Below the pieces are notes generated by a model, which saw only the letters and a list, made by a program, of their open reading frames with translations, made no database searches and was not told where the DNA came from. The position numbers and the translations under genes are program-made. A DNA stretch of 64,000 bases from an uncultured virus (IMG/VR IMGVR_UViG_3300042465_003390) (Duplodnaviria > Heunggongvirae > Uroviricota > Caudoviricetes), in the IMG/VR virus record IMGVR_UViG_3300042465_003390. The stretch is one strand, 5' to 3'. Position 1 is the stretch's first letter. Every line of letters begins with the position of its first letter. This document shows positions 38,174 through 47,672 of this stretch, piece by piece.

Positions 38174-41100
38174 TCCATCAGGATTTGGTTGCCACGCAAG
38201 ATCAGCGCCTGCTTGCGCTCATCGAGTCGATCCATGATGGCCTTCTTTTGTTCATCAGCCATGTTCCGGTTGTCCCGCAGCCTGTTCATCTGCTGGTTCA
38301 CCTGACGGATCGCGTTGTCGATTGCACGAACACGGGGAAGATAGCGAAGCTCTTCGGCAAACTCTTCACGAGCAGCAAGCGCGCGCTCACGATCCTGATT
38401 GTCGATGGCCTCTTTGATCTCATCCCCTGCCAGCAAGATCGCATTGCGCTTTTCGATGTAGCGACCGTAGTCTTCGCGAGTCGATACGCTGCCAATGATC
38501 TTGCGGACGAACGGCACCTCTCGATAAAGCTCATCGTTCAAGCCCTCATCATAGACGCGGAAGGGAAGTTCCGCCGTGCGCTGCACGAAGCGTCCGACAC
38601 CGCCCGTCGCGAACTCCAACCAGAAGTTCAGGACATCTGGAGACGCATCGATAAAGCCGGGGATAGCAGAGGTGCCACCAGTAAGAGAGTTGATGTTCTG
38701 CGCCACCCAGATTGCAGACGGGTTTGTCGTTGACCAATAACGCTGACTGTCGGGCCCGCGTTCTCCGGGGAATGCCTCCTTGAAGATCGGCTTCTCAGCG
38801 AAGTCTTCGTTCTGGATGATGTCGATGAACGGATCGACAATCGTTGGGGCAGCAAAGTTGGCAAAGTTTTCAGACCCACCAAATGGATTAATCGTGTCAA
38901 CGATATTCCCAACGATGCTACCCGTTGCTTCACCTGCATCGTACTCGCCGCGCAATGCACGACTTGTGGCACGACCAATGTTGTGTGCCATGTTCAAGCC
39001 ATACGGCATGGGGATGGCAATGTAAGAGCGGTCTGTTAGGCCAAACGGATCAGGCAGAATGAAGTTATGCTCCAGAATGTAGTCTGGAATTTTGTCATAC
39101 TGCTTGGCTTCATCTTCATCCTCATCGGACAACAATGCGTTTAGCTGATCCTGCAGGAAGCCCGCACCAATCACGCCAGCCCAAATGAGCTGCACTTTCC
39201 GAGAGCGCAGCGCCGCGTTTAAAAGCGCAAACGAACCCTGAAGCGATGCGTTGTAGAACAGATAGAACGCATTCAGGAAGTTCTTGTACTCGCCGCCCTT
39301 GGCAAAGTTTACGGTTACATTGCGCGCAGCCTGCGCCGCTCGCTCACGGGTAAAGCCACGGTCGAGAAGCGCCTTGTATGCCGCGACACGGATGCCATTC
39401 TCAACCACTGTGTTGTAGTCTTCGATGAAGTTAAGGAGAGAAGCAGTGCCCTTTCCGACGAAGCTGTTCTTCACTTGGTTCCATTTACCACGGGCACCCT
39501 TGTCGGAGATGTCTCCGACCAGACCACGAATGTTCTCCATCTGATCCGCAACAGTGGACATCTGGTTCGTCACGTTCTGACCGCCAGCATTCACGAAGTC
39601 TTTGTAAATCTGCGACCACTCAGACGAATCATCATTGTTACGGATGGAACGCTTGATACCACCAAGAGCCTTACGAACGTCCTTAACAATCTGAGTTGTC
39701 AGACCCTGCTCATCGAACTGCTGGATGTTTACGCCTGCGCTTTGCAGGTCGCGAAGGAAGTTGGTGATAAAGAACTCAGGGTTATAGGACGTGTTGATAT
39801 TGGCTAGGTAGCGGTTCACCTGACCCATCGACCGCACAATGTAGCCCAGAGCGCCAGCACCTACGCCGTTGTCACCCTTGAGCGCAGCTCCAAGGTTCGG
39901 CTTGAATAGCTCGACGTACACATCTTTACCGTCCTCCTTCACAACAAAGATGTTCGGGTCTTGTGCTGCATTGAAGTCGGTGATCTGACGAACGCGCCCG
40001 CTTACCAAGGCACGGCGCTTGGGCGTCATGGTTTGGATTTCTGCGTATGCCTTTGTCCTTGATGGGTCTGAGCGAAGCAACTCCAAGAACGATTGACCGA
40101 CCTTGTTGCGTTCGCCACGAGACACAGACCTTTGGTTCTGGTTGATCAGGTTGGCCAGTACATCGGTGGCGTACTTGTAACGTCCAAGCGCACGAGGATC
40201 GGGGCGACCCTTGCCACCAAAACGCTGACCACCAGCCCCGGCTGTGGTGCCATCAGACTCAGCAGACTCTGGATCGAACATGCCGCGCAGAGGCACAAAG
40301 AATTCGTACTCTGGGCGACTGATAGTATCGCCATTCTCATCCACAATTTGATCGAATTGTGCAGGGATCAGGCCGCTTTCAACGCGAACGCGATTGGTGT
40401 CTGCCACAATGTTACGAGCCGCAGCATTGAGAGATGCGACTGCCGCAGTGTTGGCCGCATCCAATCCAGAGAACCACCGCAGGATGGCATTGGCTTCTGC
40501 GTCGGTCATGCCGGAGCCGCTGTCATTGGTCGGATCAATGGTACGGATATATTCGTTCCGCTCCTTCGCGTGCTTGGCGTATAGGTACGCTTCAGCCAAG
40601 GCCAGCTTGTCGCTGCCAGCGGACTCGCGTGCCTGTTTTACAAAGCCGTTTCGGGTGCCGGATGCAGCATCCGACACGCGCTGCAGTCCGTCGAGCATGC
40701 CAGCATTTACATTGAATGCCTTCACCGCATCGAGGGCATTCTTGTAGATGCCAACCTCGCGACGGTTCAGTTCACTGCCAACCACGCCATGATACAACTC
40801 CTCCTTCAGATAGGTATCCATGGCGTCAGTAATCGTCAGGCCGTTAGCCTGCAGTTCTTGGATCATGCGACCAACGGGCAGCACGTTGTCTTGGAACTTA
40901 CTCAGGATCGTGTCAGCCACTTTCTGCGCCTTGTCTGGCGTGGTTACGATACGCAGGCCCTTTGCTAGGAAATCTGATGCGCGCGCATAGTCTAGCTTCA
41001 GAGTCTTGGCCTGAACCTGAGGTGCCAAAGTTGCGGTGGTAGAGTACAGGCGACTATAGAGACGCCGCTGCTGTTCCTTGCGTTCTGGGGCTGCGCGATC

Positions 41101-44100
41101 TTTCTTCTTTAGGACGGGGAAGAATGTCTTGACGTAGTAAGCATCGCCAAGCGGGGCACCTCGCACCTCACTGCCGCGCTCAAGGACAAGAAGAAGCGGA
41201 GGAGAACTGAAGGCTAGATTGTTGCGCCACTCAAGGACGATGCCATCACGGCTGTTGTAGCCAACGACAGACTCGCCATCTTGATATCCTTGGTTCTGCC
41301 AACGCCGCATCAAGTCATAGATGGCATTCTCCACGCGCTTGTACTTGGAGTTCTCGATAAGCTCCCTGTCGTGCTGACGCTGTTGGATATGGAACAGTCC
41401 ATTGCCAACCTCGATACCGCTCTCATAGACGCGGTGCGAACCCTTCGGCAGAACAACGGGCAGCAAGCGGCCACGCTCCATGATGGAACCGTAGATCGGT
41501 GTCGGCCCTGCCTTGCTATCAACGGGCGCACGAGTGGGCATGTATGCCTCAGTCACGGGCATGCGCGAGTACATCTGCCTCGGCATCTCTGGATCGATCT
41601 CTGCGCCCTGCAGTGCCTGACGAACCTCGGCCCGCTCTTGGGGCGTCATGTTTGCTTCGATGGTATCTGTCTCAGGAACAAGCGTCAGTCTTCTTGGGGC
41701 GAAGAAGTCTCCCGCTTCTGGCTCTCGAACCAGTTCGCCAACCCTGCCGCCAGCATCTTGATCTCCTGCGAGTTGAGACTCGACGTCACGGACTCGGCTT
41801 CGTTCTGCCTCGGGGAGTGCGGCTTCAATTTTTGCATCGGATATTCCCTTCGCTTTGGCGATGGCAATGGCACCATCCGCATAGTCGTTGTCTTCACCAC
41901 GCCCACGCTTCACGCCGCCCGCATCGAAGATGCGCTTCTCTGCGTACCACATGAGGGCTTGGAAGTCGGCATTGGTAAGTTCCACACCAAGGTCACGTCT
42001 TAGGATTTCGCGGGCACGATTTGCTACATCACGCATAGCAGTGCGATCTTTCGAGTCCCTCGGTGCCTCCTCAAGAGACGGCTTTAGTTTCTTCACAAGG
42101 GTTGTCGCCGCCTTGGACATGGCTGGCTTTTCGGGGCGAGCCTCACGAGCAAGGCGCTTGACGCGCTCGGCATCCGGGCCGCGCACAGAACCTCTGACGA
42201 TCTCAAAGTCCATGCCTTCGTTCTGAAGGTCGCGGAGCTTGTCGTTGTAGGCCTTGTTGAAGAACTCCTTGTTCCAAACCTTGTCCATCTCGCTAGACAA
42301 AAGTGCAATGTCACTTCTTTCCAGCTTGGTCATGTTAAGGTTTTCTTGGGCACGACGAAGAATGTCGCGCTCCATATTTGTCAGGCCATCAGGATTGCTA
42401 ACGTAGCTCCACAGCTTGTTGAACGTATTGCCAAGGCTCTCCTCGGTGTGGATCACAAGCGGGTTTCCGGTGATGCGATTTACAAAGCGCATCCACCAGC
42501 GATCCATCGTCAGAGGGTTGAAGTTCCCACGCAGGTTTTGATAGAAGCCGTTGCCAATCTTCGGGCCAATGACGTATGCCACCGACACAACGGTGTCAGC
42601 CTCTTCCTTGGTGTCAGCTTGAACTGGCAGGTCTGCCAGACGGCGAACACCAAAGACTTCCTTCAGAATTTTGTTAACCTCTGAGCGCGGCAACTGCGTT
42701 GTGAGTAGCTGAGAGATTTGATTTGAGTCATACCCTACATCGACAAGCGCATTCCAGAACTCGAACGCAGACAGCATCGAGCCGCCCTGATCCCCCTTGC
42801 CAGTCACGGGGAACTTGCCATCTGGGCTGGCCTTCCACGCATCGTACTGCTCAGAGGCAAACTGATAGTTGTCCACAACGGCCATGCCATTGGAGGTAAC
42901 GGCAGTGGCGTAGTCAAAGGCATGCTCCGCTGCAGGATCATGCATCGGGTTGGCAGTGCCGTCAGGACGAGTGGGCGAAATCTCAGGGTACACAGGGTAC
43001 AGGATTTGCTTCGCCAACTTCAGTGTGCTGTCATACCAGCCCAGCGCATCGCGGCTCGACAGAAGCGCAGCCTCTGCCTCTGCAGCCATGATCTGCGCAA
43101 TCTCACGACGATCCGCTTCAGAGTTAACGATGTCGTATGTGCGCACGCCACGAAGCTCTAGCAGCTTGTTTGCAAAGCTTACCAAAGTTTCACTGCCCGC
43201 CTTCTTCTTGAAGAGCGGCTTGCCAGTGTTCGGGTTAAGATAGTCGATGATGCTTGCGGCTCTTTGTTCCGCAGTCAGCGGCACAACGAGGCGCGACTGG
43301 CGCGGACGTTCTAGTCCTCCAACAAGCTGTTCTTGGATGCGGGCACGACGTTGATCCCTTGCTTGCGCAAAGCGGCTACCAACCTCCGCAAGGTTTCTTT
43401 GGTATCCGACTGCGGCGTCACCCCGATAAGTTCCACTTTGTTTGAGTCGTTCGATTCCTGCATTTGTCCTGATCTCCTCAAAGTTATTCAGGTCAAAGAT
43501 TGCCAACTGGTCTGCAGCCTCGGCGATGTACAACGCCTCTTCCGCAGTGGGAACAATCAGTGTGTTGTCCAAGAAGTACTGCTGGCTCTGGCTGTCGAAC
43601 CATCCACCCAAGTAGACGGGACGACCGATTGCCCCTGCAATATCCTTGTTATCCTCTAGGTATCCTAATAGAACCTCTTCTGGCAAGGACTCACCGACAA
43701 TTATTTCGGCTTCTTTGAGGGGTGCCACGACAAACCCACCAGCGGCAGGATCAAATGTGGTAGGATCAATGGTAAACCCTTCAGGATTATTCCTGATAAA
43801 GTCACGCAAGCCCGCTACCGCAGGTGAGCGAGGCAACCTAGAAAACAAGGGGCGCTGCTCTGCTGGCGCATCCGGCATGTAATCATCGGAGGTAGATACA
43901 ATGGCCGAAGCTGAAGAAGCCGGGATTGCCGCGCTTAGTTGTTCGCGCGAAGTTTGCGGAACAACTCGTCCAGTTCCGGGCTGGCTAGTTCTCGCAAAGC
44001 TTTGCTCGGCTCTCGCTCCTCCACGCTCAGGATCGAATTGAGACCCCGAGAGCGGGTTTTTCCCAGAGATGTCGAGGATTCGCTTGGGCTCGTTGAGCCC

Positions 44101-47100
44101 ACCATTGTTGTCAATTTCTGCGTAACCATCAGCTATGCCCTCTTCTTTCATCCTATTGTACACAAGACGTGGACTGTTTCCAATGCTGTTAAAGTAACTT
44201 GGCGGAACAATCCTGCCAGTCCTGATGAATCGGCCAATCATACGGCGAAACGCTTCATCCGGGTCAACGTACATATTGACCAGTGAAACATCGTAGTCAG
44301 ACTCTTTAAGAGATTTAATCAAGTTGCGAATGCTTTTGTCGCTGTGACCAACCTTTTGAGCAACAAGGTTGTATCCCTCGTTTATCATTCTTTTTTGAGC
44401 TTCAGCGAGAAGCTCTACGCTTTCTTCGTGAACAGCCGCAGCGCCAATGCCGCCAGCATATTCTGGGATAAACGATTTCACCTGATCGGCATCAGGTATT
44501 GCTGCTTTGTTCGCTATAGCAAGTTCGTTTGCAATAGTTGACTTGCCAGCAGCGGGCGGGCCAATGAGAACAAAAGCCTTGCGCCCCCGCTCCGGCATCG
44601 ACAATGAGGTTCCAGTCTCGACATAGGGAAGACGAATAGCTTCCTCAACTATCACTGGCAAAAGACGCCCAGTGCCAACGACGGGAACACCTGAAACTTC
44701 GTACTTGCGATTGGTGTGCCAGCCAATAGAACCATAGGTTGGATTTTTTATTGTTTCCGGCCTAGACGACATATCCTCTACAATACGCAGAATCGCTGGG
44801 TGGTTTTCAATCTCACTTTTTGACGGATTTTTTCTAAGGAACAGGTCAAGATCATTGATGGCGTCCGCAATATTCTTGGGCATCAATGCCAACCGTGACT
44901 GCATAGGCGCAGCGGCGGCAGGTGCGACAGGTGCGGCAGGTGCCACTCGCTCACGGGCACCGATCTCACCACGGCGGATGCCTTGGAAGATATCCTCCAC
45001 ACGGGTGAAGCCCTGATCAACGTTCGCACCGATTAGAGCCTTGAAGAACTTCTTGATCTTCTCGAAGAAAGCACGCGGCCCACCGCCTAGCTTCAGACGG
45101 CCAGCCGTGTAGTCGCGAAACATTTCCGCAAAGGCTTCTTCTTTCTGCTGTGTCGGAGTGAGGTCTGGATACAGTTTATTTGCACGGTCAAGGTATGTGT
45201 AGTTCCGCTTTTGCGTACCGTCTTTTGTACGTTTGACGTACTTGGTCTTCTCTGCAAAACGCTCGAGAGTCTTCATCTCATTGGGCTTGAACAAACCCAT
45301 AGCCCGCAGCGCATGAACCACCTCATGGTTCATCACCTCAGAGGTGGCATCGAACAACTGTTGATCCGTCATCTTCGGATCATACAGGCCCATACCAAGG
45401 CTAAGCACCTTGGTAACTGGATCAAACATGCCCTCAGCACCCTCAATCCTTTGTGCGCCCTCAAGCTTTACATCTTTGAGGCCGAGACTGTTCAGTCGAG
45501 TTTGGAGTGCTTTGAGAACATTCGCTTGCTTTGCATTGAACGCCGGAGTGATCGGAGACACACCCTGATCTTCCTGCGCTTTAACCTGATCCGCTGCCGC
45601 ACGAGCGCGGGCTGCAGTAAGCTTACGCTCAATCTCACGCTGCCGTTCTTGCTCACGGAATTGCTCACCCTTTGCTTCCTGAAAAATCTTCTCAGGTGTT
45701 TTCAGGTTAGACTGCGCCTCACCAAGGCGCGTAGATACCTCAGCCTGCTGCTGCTGCAGCTTCTGCATCCGATCAAGTTCATTTGAACTTAGTGTCCGTT
45801 TTTTGGCCTGATCGTTAAGCTTGCGAACTTGCTTATTGATGGAGTTCAGTTGCTCCTTCTGCCCACGGATAGCGTTCTGTTGCGCCTCAAAGCGCGGACG
45901 CAGTGCTTCTACTGTGCCCTCAGCAATAGGCACAGCCTTCATCTGTGGCGGTATGCCAACCTTCTCAAAGCGAGGAACGTGCGTGTCCTGACCAAGTGTG
46001 CGCAGGCGCTGGTTTGCAAGCTCGATGCTTTGCTGGCTCTTCGCAATGCCCTGCTCTGTGCGGGCGATCTCTGCGTTCACCTGATCCGGCGTGACCTTGT
46101 TGCCGCTTAGATCGCGACCGTATGCTTCTGCCGCCTGCAGATCATAGCGCAGGCGCTCCAGCTTGGACTGATCCGCTTTGATGAAGTCTGCGGCGGTGTC
46201 GATCTGACGGCGGTAAGAAACGTCAGGCGTGTTTACTTCCGGTGCCAGAGCGTTCTTGGCGACGTACTTGCTCTTCTTTGCTACCGGATTTTCTACGACA
46301 AAATCGCGAGCCTGAAGCTCCTTCATGATGTCACGCACCTTGGGTACGGTAACATCAGGCATGTCAGCCTTTACGCGCTGTTGGATTGCAGGGATGTTGA
46401 TCTTCTTCCCGCTGGTAATGTCCGCCTTTACCTGCTGCAGAACACGCTCATACTGAGCCTTGTTAAAGCTCAGGTTAGCGAACTCTTCGTCAGCGATTGC
46501 GGTCTCGGGCGCAACATCAACAGTCTCAGGCGCAGGAAGCGCAAGGCGTTGCTGCGGCCCCTCAATGCCAAGCGGTGCATCAGGGTCAATGCCAGCGGAG
46601 GCAAGAGCCTTCGCACGATCTTCTGCAATCTGCCGCTCCGTTTCCTCGGCGAACTTAATCCTTCGATCACCCTCAAGGGTTAACTCTTTGTAGTCATCAT
46701 CGAGTTCCTTAGGCGCAACATCACGCTGCGCCACTCCACCAACGGCACCAATCGGGCCACCAAGAATACCAGCAGCCACACCAGCCTCGATGTATTCTTT
46801 GATGGCGTCATCACTGTCGATGGGCAGGCCAGCCTGTGCCCGCTCGATCATCTGCTGTGTGATTTCAGTTGGTACTTCTGTCGCCACACCAGTGGCAGCG
46901 CCCTTGCCTGCGCGCGCCCAGATACTGCCAACGCCGGGACGTATGGGTGCCAGAGCAAGGATGCGACCAGCGATACCTTCAATTGCAGCTTGACCACCAG
47001 CCGCCACTAGTGCGCGCTGGATATCCACGTTCTCCAGTTCACCTGCAGCAACCTGCTCTTCCTGACGCTGGACGTTGCCGCCAAACAACAGAGGGAAGGA

Positions 47101-47658
47101 TGCAACAGCACCGCCAACGACAGCACCAATGCCAGTACCAATGAGTGGCACAAACGACCCAGCCAAAGCGCCAGCGGCAGAACCAGCAAGTGTTGTTCCA
47201 AGGATTGGTGCCTGCTGTCCCGCAACCTCACCTGCATATGTGAGTGCTGTCCCAACGCCGCTGACATCTTCAAGTCGTGTAGGCGCTGTCTCTTCCTGCA
47301 GTTCACGGAGTCGCTGCTCTGCGGCAGTTTCCATGCCACGGCCAAACTCCTGCACGCCCTCGAAGCCAAGGCCGCGACCAGCTTCCTCAATCGAGGTGCC
47401 GAGCAACGAGCGAATGGACTGCACCCCGGTAGAAAGTCCACGACCGAAAGCCGTACCATCATCCTCTTCAACGGGAGCCTCGGGTGCTACAGGGGCGGGT
47501 GCGCCAAATCTTTCTGCAGAAAACCTTTCAAATTCTGCCTCTTTTTGCAGAACAAACTGATTTATTCTTTCCTGCTCTTGCGGGGTTGGGGTGTCTCCGG
47601 CGATGTTGATAGAATAAAGCGTACCCGAAACTTGGCCCGGAACCTGTATGATCGCCAT
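38167..47658 (-). CDS. Giant polyvalent internal virion/ejection protein (zincin protease, zeta-like kinase, further modules, LPD38-like C-terminus)
   Basis: 3163 aa; G/A-rich hydrophobic N-terminus; HEVVH + EEAFAE; GPPAAGKST; GPKIGNGFYQNL...TMDRWW; GLFHIQQRQH; C-terminal NP.F...NF.RD / TVNF..GG / FYNASLQG / IPMPYG. Confidence 0.8.
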   Translation of the reverse strand: MAIIQVPGQVSGTLYSINIAGDTPTPQEQERINQFVLQKEAEFERFSAERFGAPAPVAPEAPVEEDDGTAFGRGLSTGVQSIRSLLGTSIEEAGRGLGFEGVQEFGRGMETAAEQRLRELQEETAPTRLEDVSGVGTALTYAGEVAGQQAPILGTTLAGSAAGALAGSFVPLIGTGIGAVVGGAVASFPLLFGGNVQRQEEQVAAGELENVDIQRALVAAGGQAAIEGIAGRILALAPIRPGVGSIWARAGKGAATGVATEVPTEITQQMIERAQAGLPIDSDDAIKEYIEAGVAAGILGGPIGAVGGVAQRDVAPKELDDDYKELTLEGDRRIKFAEETERQIAEDRAKALASAGIDPDAPLGIEGPQQRLALPAPETVDVAPETAIADEEFANLSFNKAQYERVLQQVKADITSGKKINIPAIQQRVKADMPDVTVPKVRDIMKELQARDFVVENPVAKKSKYVAKNALAPEVNTPDVSYRRQIDTAADFIKADQSKLERLRYDLQAAEAYGRDLSGNKVTPDQVNAEIARTEQGIAKSQQSIELANQRLRTLGQDTHVPRFEKVGIPPQMKAVPIAEGTVEALRPRFEAQQNAIRGQKEQLNSINKQVRKLNDQAKKRTLSSNELDRMQKLQQQQAEVSTRLGEAQSNLKTPEKIFQEAKGEQFREQERQREIERKLTAARARAAADQVKAQEDQGVSPITPAFNAKQANVLKALQTRLNSLGLKDVKLEGAQRIEGAEGMFDPVTKVLSLGMGLYDPKMTDQQLFDATSEVMNHEVVHALRAMGLFKPNEMKTLERFAEKTKYVKRTKDGTQKRNYTYLDRANKLYPDLTPTQQKEEAFAEMFRDYTAGRLKLGGGPRAFFEKIKKFFKALIGANVDQGFTRVEDIFQGIRRGEIGARERVAPAAPVAPAAAAPMQSRLALMPKNIADAINDLDLFLRKNPSKSEIENHPAILRIVEDMSSRPETIKNPTYGSIGWHTNRKYEVSGVPVVGTGRLLPVIVEEAIRLPYVETGTSLSMPERGRKAFVLIGPPAAGKSTIANELAIANKAAIPDADQVKSFIPEYAGGIGAAAVHEESVELLAEAQKRMINEGYNLVAQKVGHSDKSIRNLIKSLKESDYDVSLVNMYVDPDEAFRRMIGRFIRTGRIVPPSYFNSIGNSPRLVYNRMKEEGIADGYAEIDNNGGLNEPKRILDISGKNPLSGSQFDPERGGARAEQSFARTSQPGTGRVVPQTSREQLSAAIPASSASAIVSTSDDYMPDAPAEQRPLFSRLPRSPAVAGLRDFIRNNPEGFTIDPTTFDPAAGGFVVAPLKEAEIIVGESLPEEVLLGYLEDNKDIAGAIGRPVYLGGWFDSQSQQYFLDNTLIVPTAEEALYIAEAADQLAIFDLNNFEEIRTNAGIERLKQSGTYRGDAAVGYQRNLAEVGSRFAQARDQRRARIQEQLVGGLERPRQSRLVVPLTAEQRAASIIDYLNPNTGKPLFKKKAGSETLVSFANKLLELRGVRTYDIVNSEADRREIAQIMAAEAEAALLSSRDALGWYDSTLKLAKQILYPVYPEISPTRPDGTANPMHDPAAEHAFDYATAVTSNGMAVVDNYQFASEQYDAWKASPDGKFPVTGKGDQGGSMLSAFEFWNALVDVGYDSNQISQLLTTQLPRSEVNKILKEVFGVRRLADLPVQADTKEEADTVVSVAYVIGPKIGNGFYQNLRGNFNPLTMDRWWMRFVNRITGNPLVIHTEESLGNTFNKLWSYVSNPDGLTNMERDILRRAQENLNMTKLERSDIALLSSEMDKVWNKEFFNKAYNDKLRDLQNEGMDFEIVRGSVRGPDAERVKRLAREARPEKPAMSKAATTLVKKLKPSLEEAPRDSKDRTAMRDVANRAREILRRDLGVELTNADFQALMWYAEKRIFDAGGVKRGRGEDNDYADGAIAIAKAKGISDAKIEAALPEAERSRVRDVESQLAGDQDAGGRVGELVREPEAGDFFAPRRLTLVPETDTIEANMTPQERAEVRQALQGAEIDPEMPRQMYSRMPVTEAYMPTRAPVDSKAGPTPIYGSIMERGRLLPVVLPKGSHRVYESGIEVGNGLFHIQQRQHDRELIENSKYKRVENAIYDLMRRWQNQGYQDGESVVGYNSRDGIVLEWRNNLAFSSPPLLLVLERGSEVRGAPLGDAYYVKTFFPVLKKKDRAAPERKEQQRRLYSRLYSTTATLAPQVQAKTLKLDYARASDFLAKGLRIVTTPDKAQKVADTILSKFQDNVLPVGRMIQELQANGLTITDAMDTYLKEELYHGVVGSELNRREVGIYKNALDAVKAFNVNAGMLDGLQRVSDAASGTRNGFVKQARESAGSDKLALAEAYLYAKHAKERNEYIRTIDPTNDSGSGMTDAEANAILRWFSGLDAANTAAVASLNAAARNIVADTNRVRVESGLIPAQFDQIVDENGDTISRPEYEFFVPLRGMFDPESAESDGTTAGAGGQRFGGKGRPDPRALGRYKYATDVLANLINQNQRSVSRGERNKVGQSFLELLRSDPSRTKAYAEIQTMTPKRRALVSGRVRQITDFNAAQDPNIFVVKEDGKDVYVELFKPNLGAALKGDNGVGAGALGYIVRSMGQVNRYLANINTSYNPEFFITNFLRDLQSAGVNIQQFDEQGLTTQIVKDVRKALGGIKRSIRNNDDSSEWSQIYKDFVNAGGQNVTNQMSTVADQMENIRGLVGDISDKGARGKWNQVKNSFVGKGTASLLNFIEDYNTVVENGIRVAAYKALLDRGFTRERAAQAARNVTVNFAKGGEYKNFLNAFYLFYNASLQGSFALLNAALRSRKVQLIWAGVIGAGFLQDQLNALLSDEDEDEAKQYDKIPDYILEHNFILPDPFGLTDRSYIAIPMPYGLNMAHNIGRATSRALRGEYDAGEATGSIVGNIVDTINPFGGSENFANFAAPTIVDPFIDIIQNEDFAEKPIFKEAFPGERGPDSQRYWSTTNPSAIWVAQNINSLTGGTSAIPGFIDASPDVLNFWLEFATGGVGRFVQRTAELPFRVYDEGLNDELYREVPFVRKIIGSVSTREDYGRYIEKRNAILLAGDEIKEAIDNQDRERALAAREEFAEELRYLPRVRAIDNAIRQVNQQMNRLRDNRNMADEQKKAIMDRLDERKQALILRGNQILMDY

Positions 47659-47672
47659 GACATTACCTCAGA

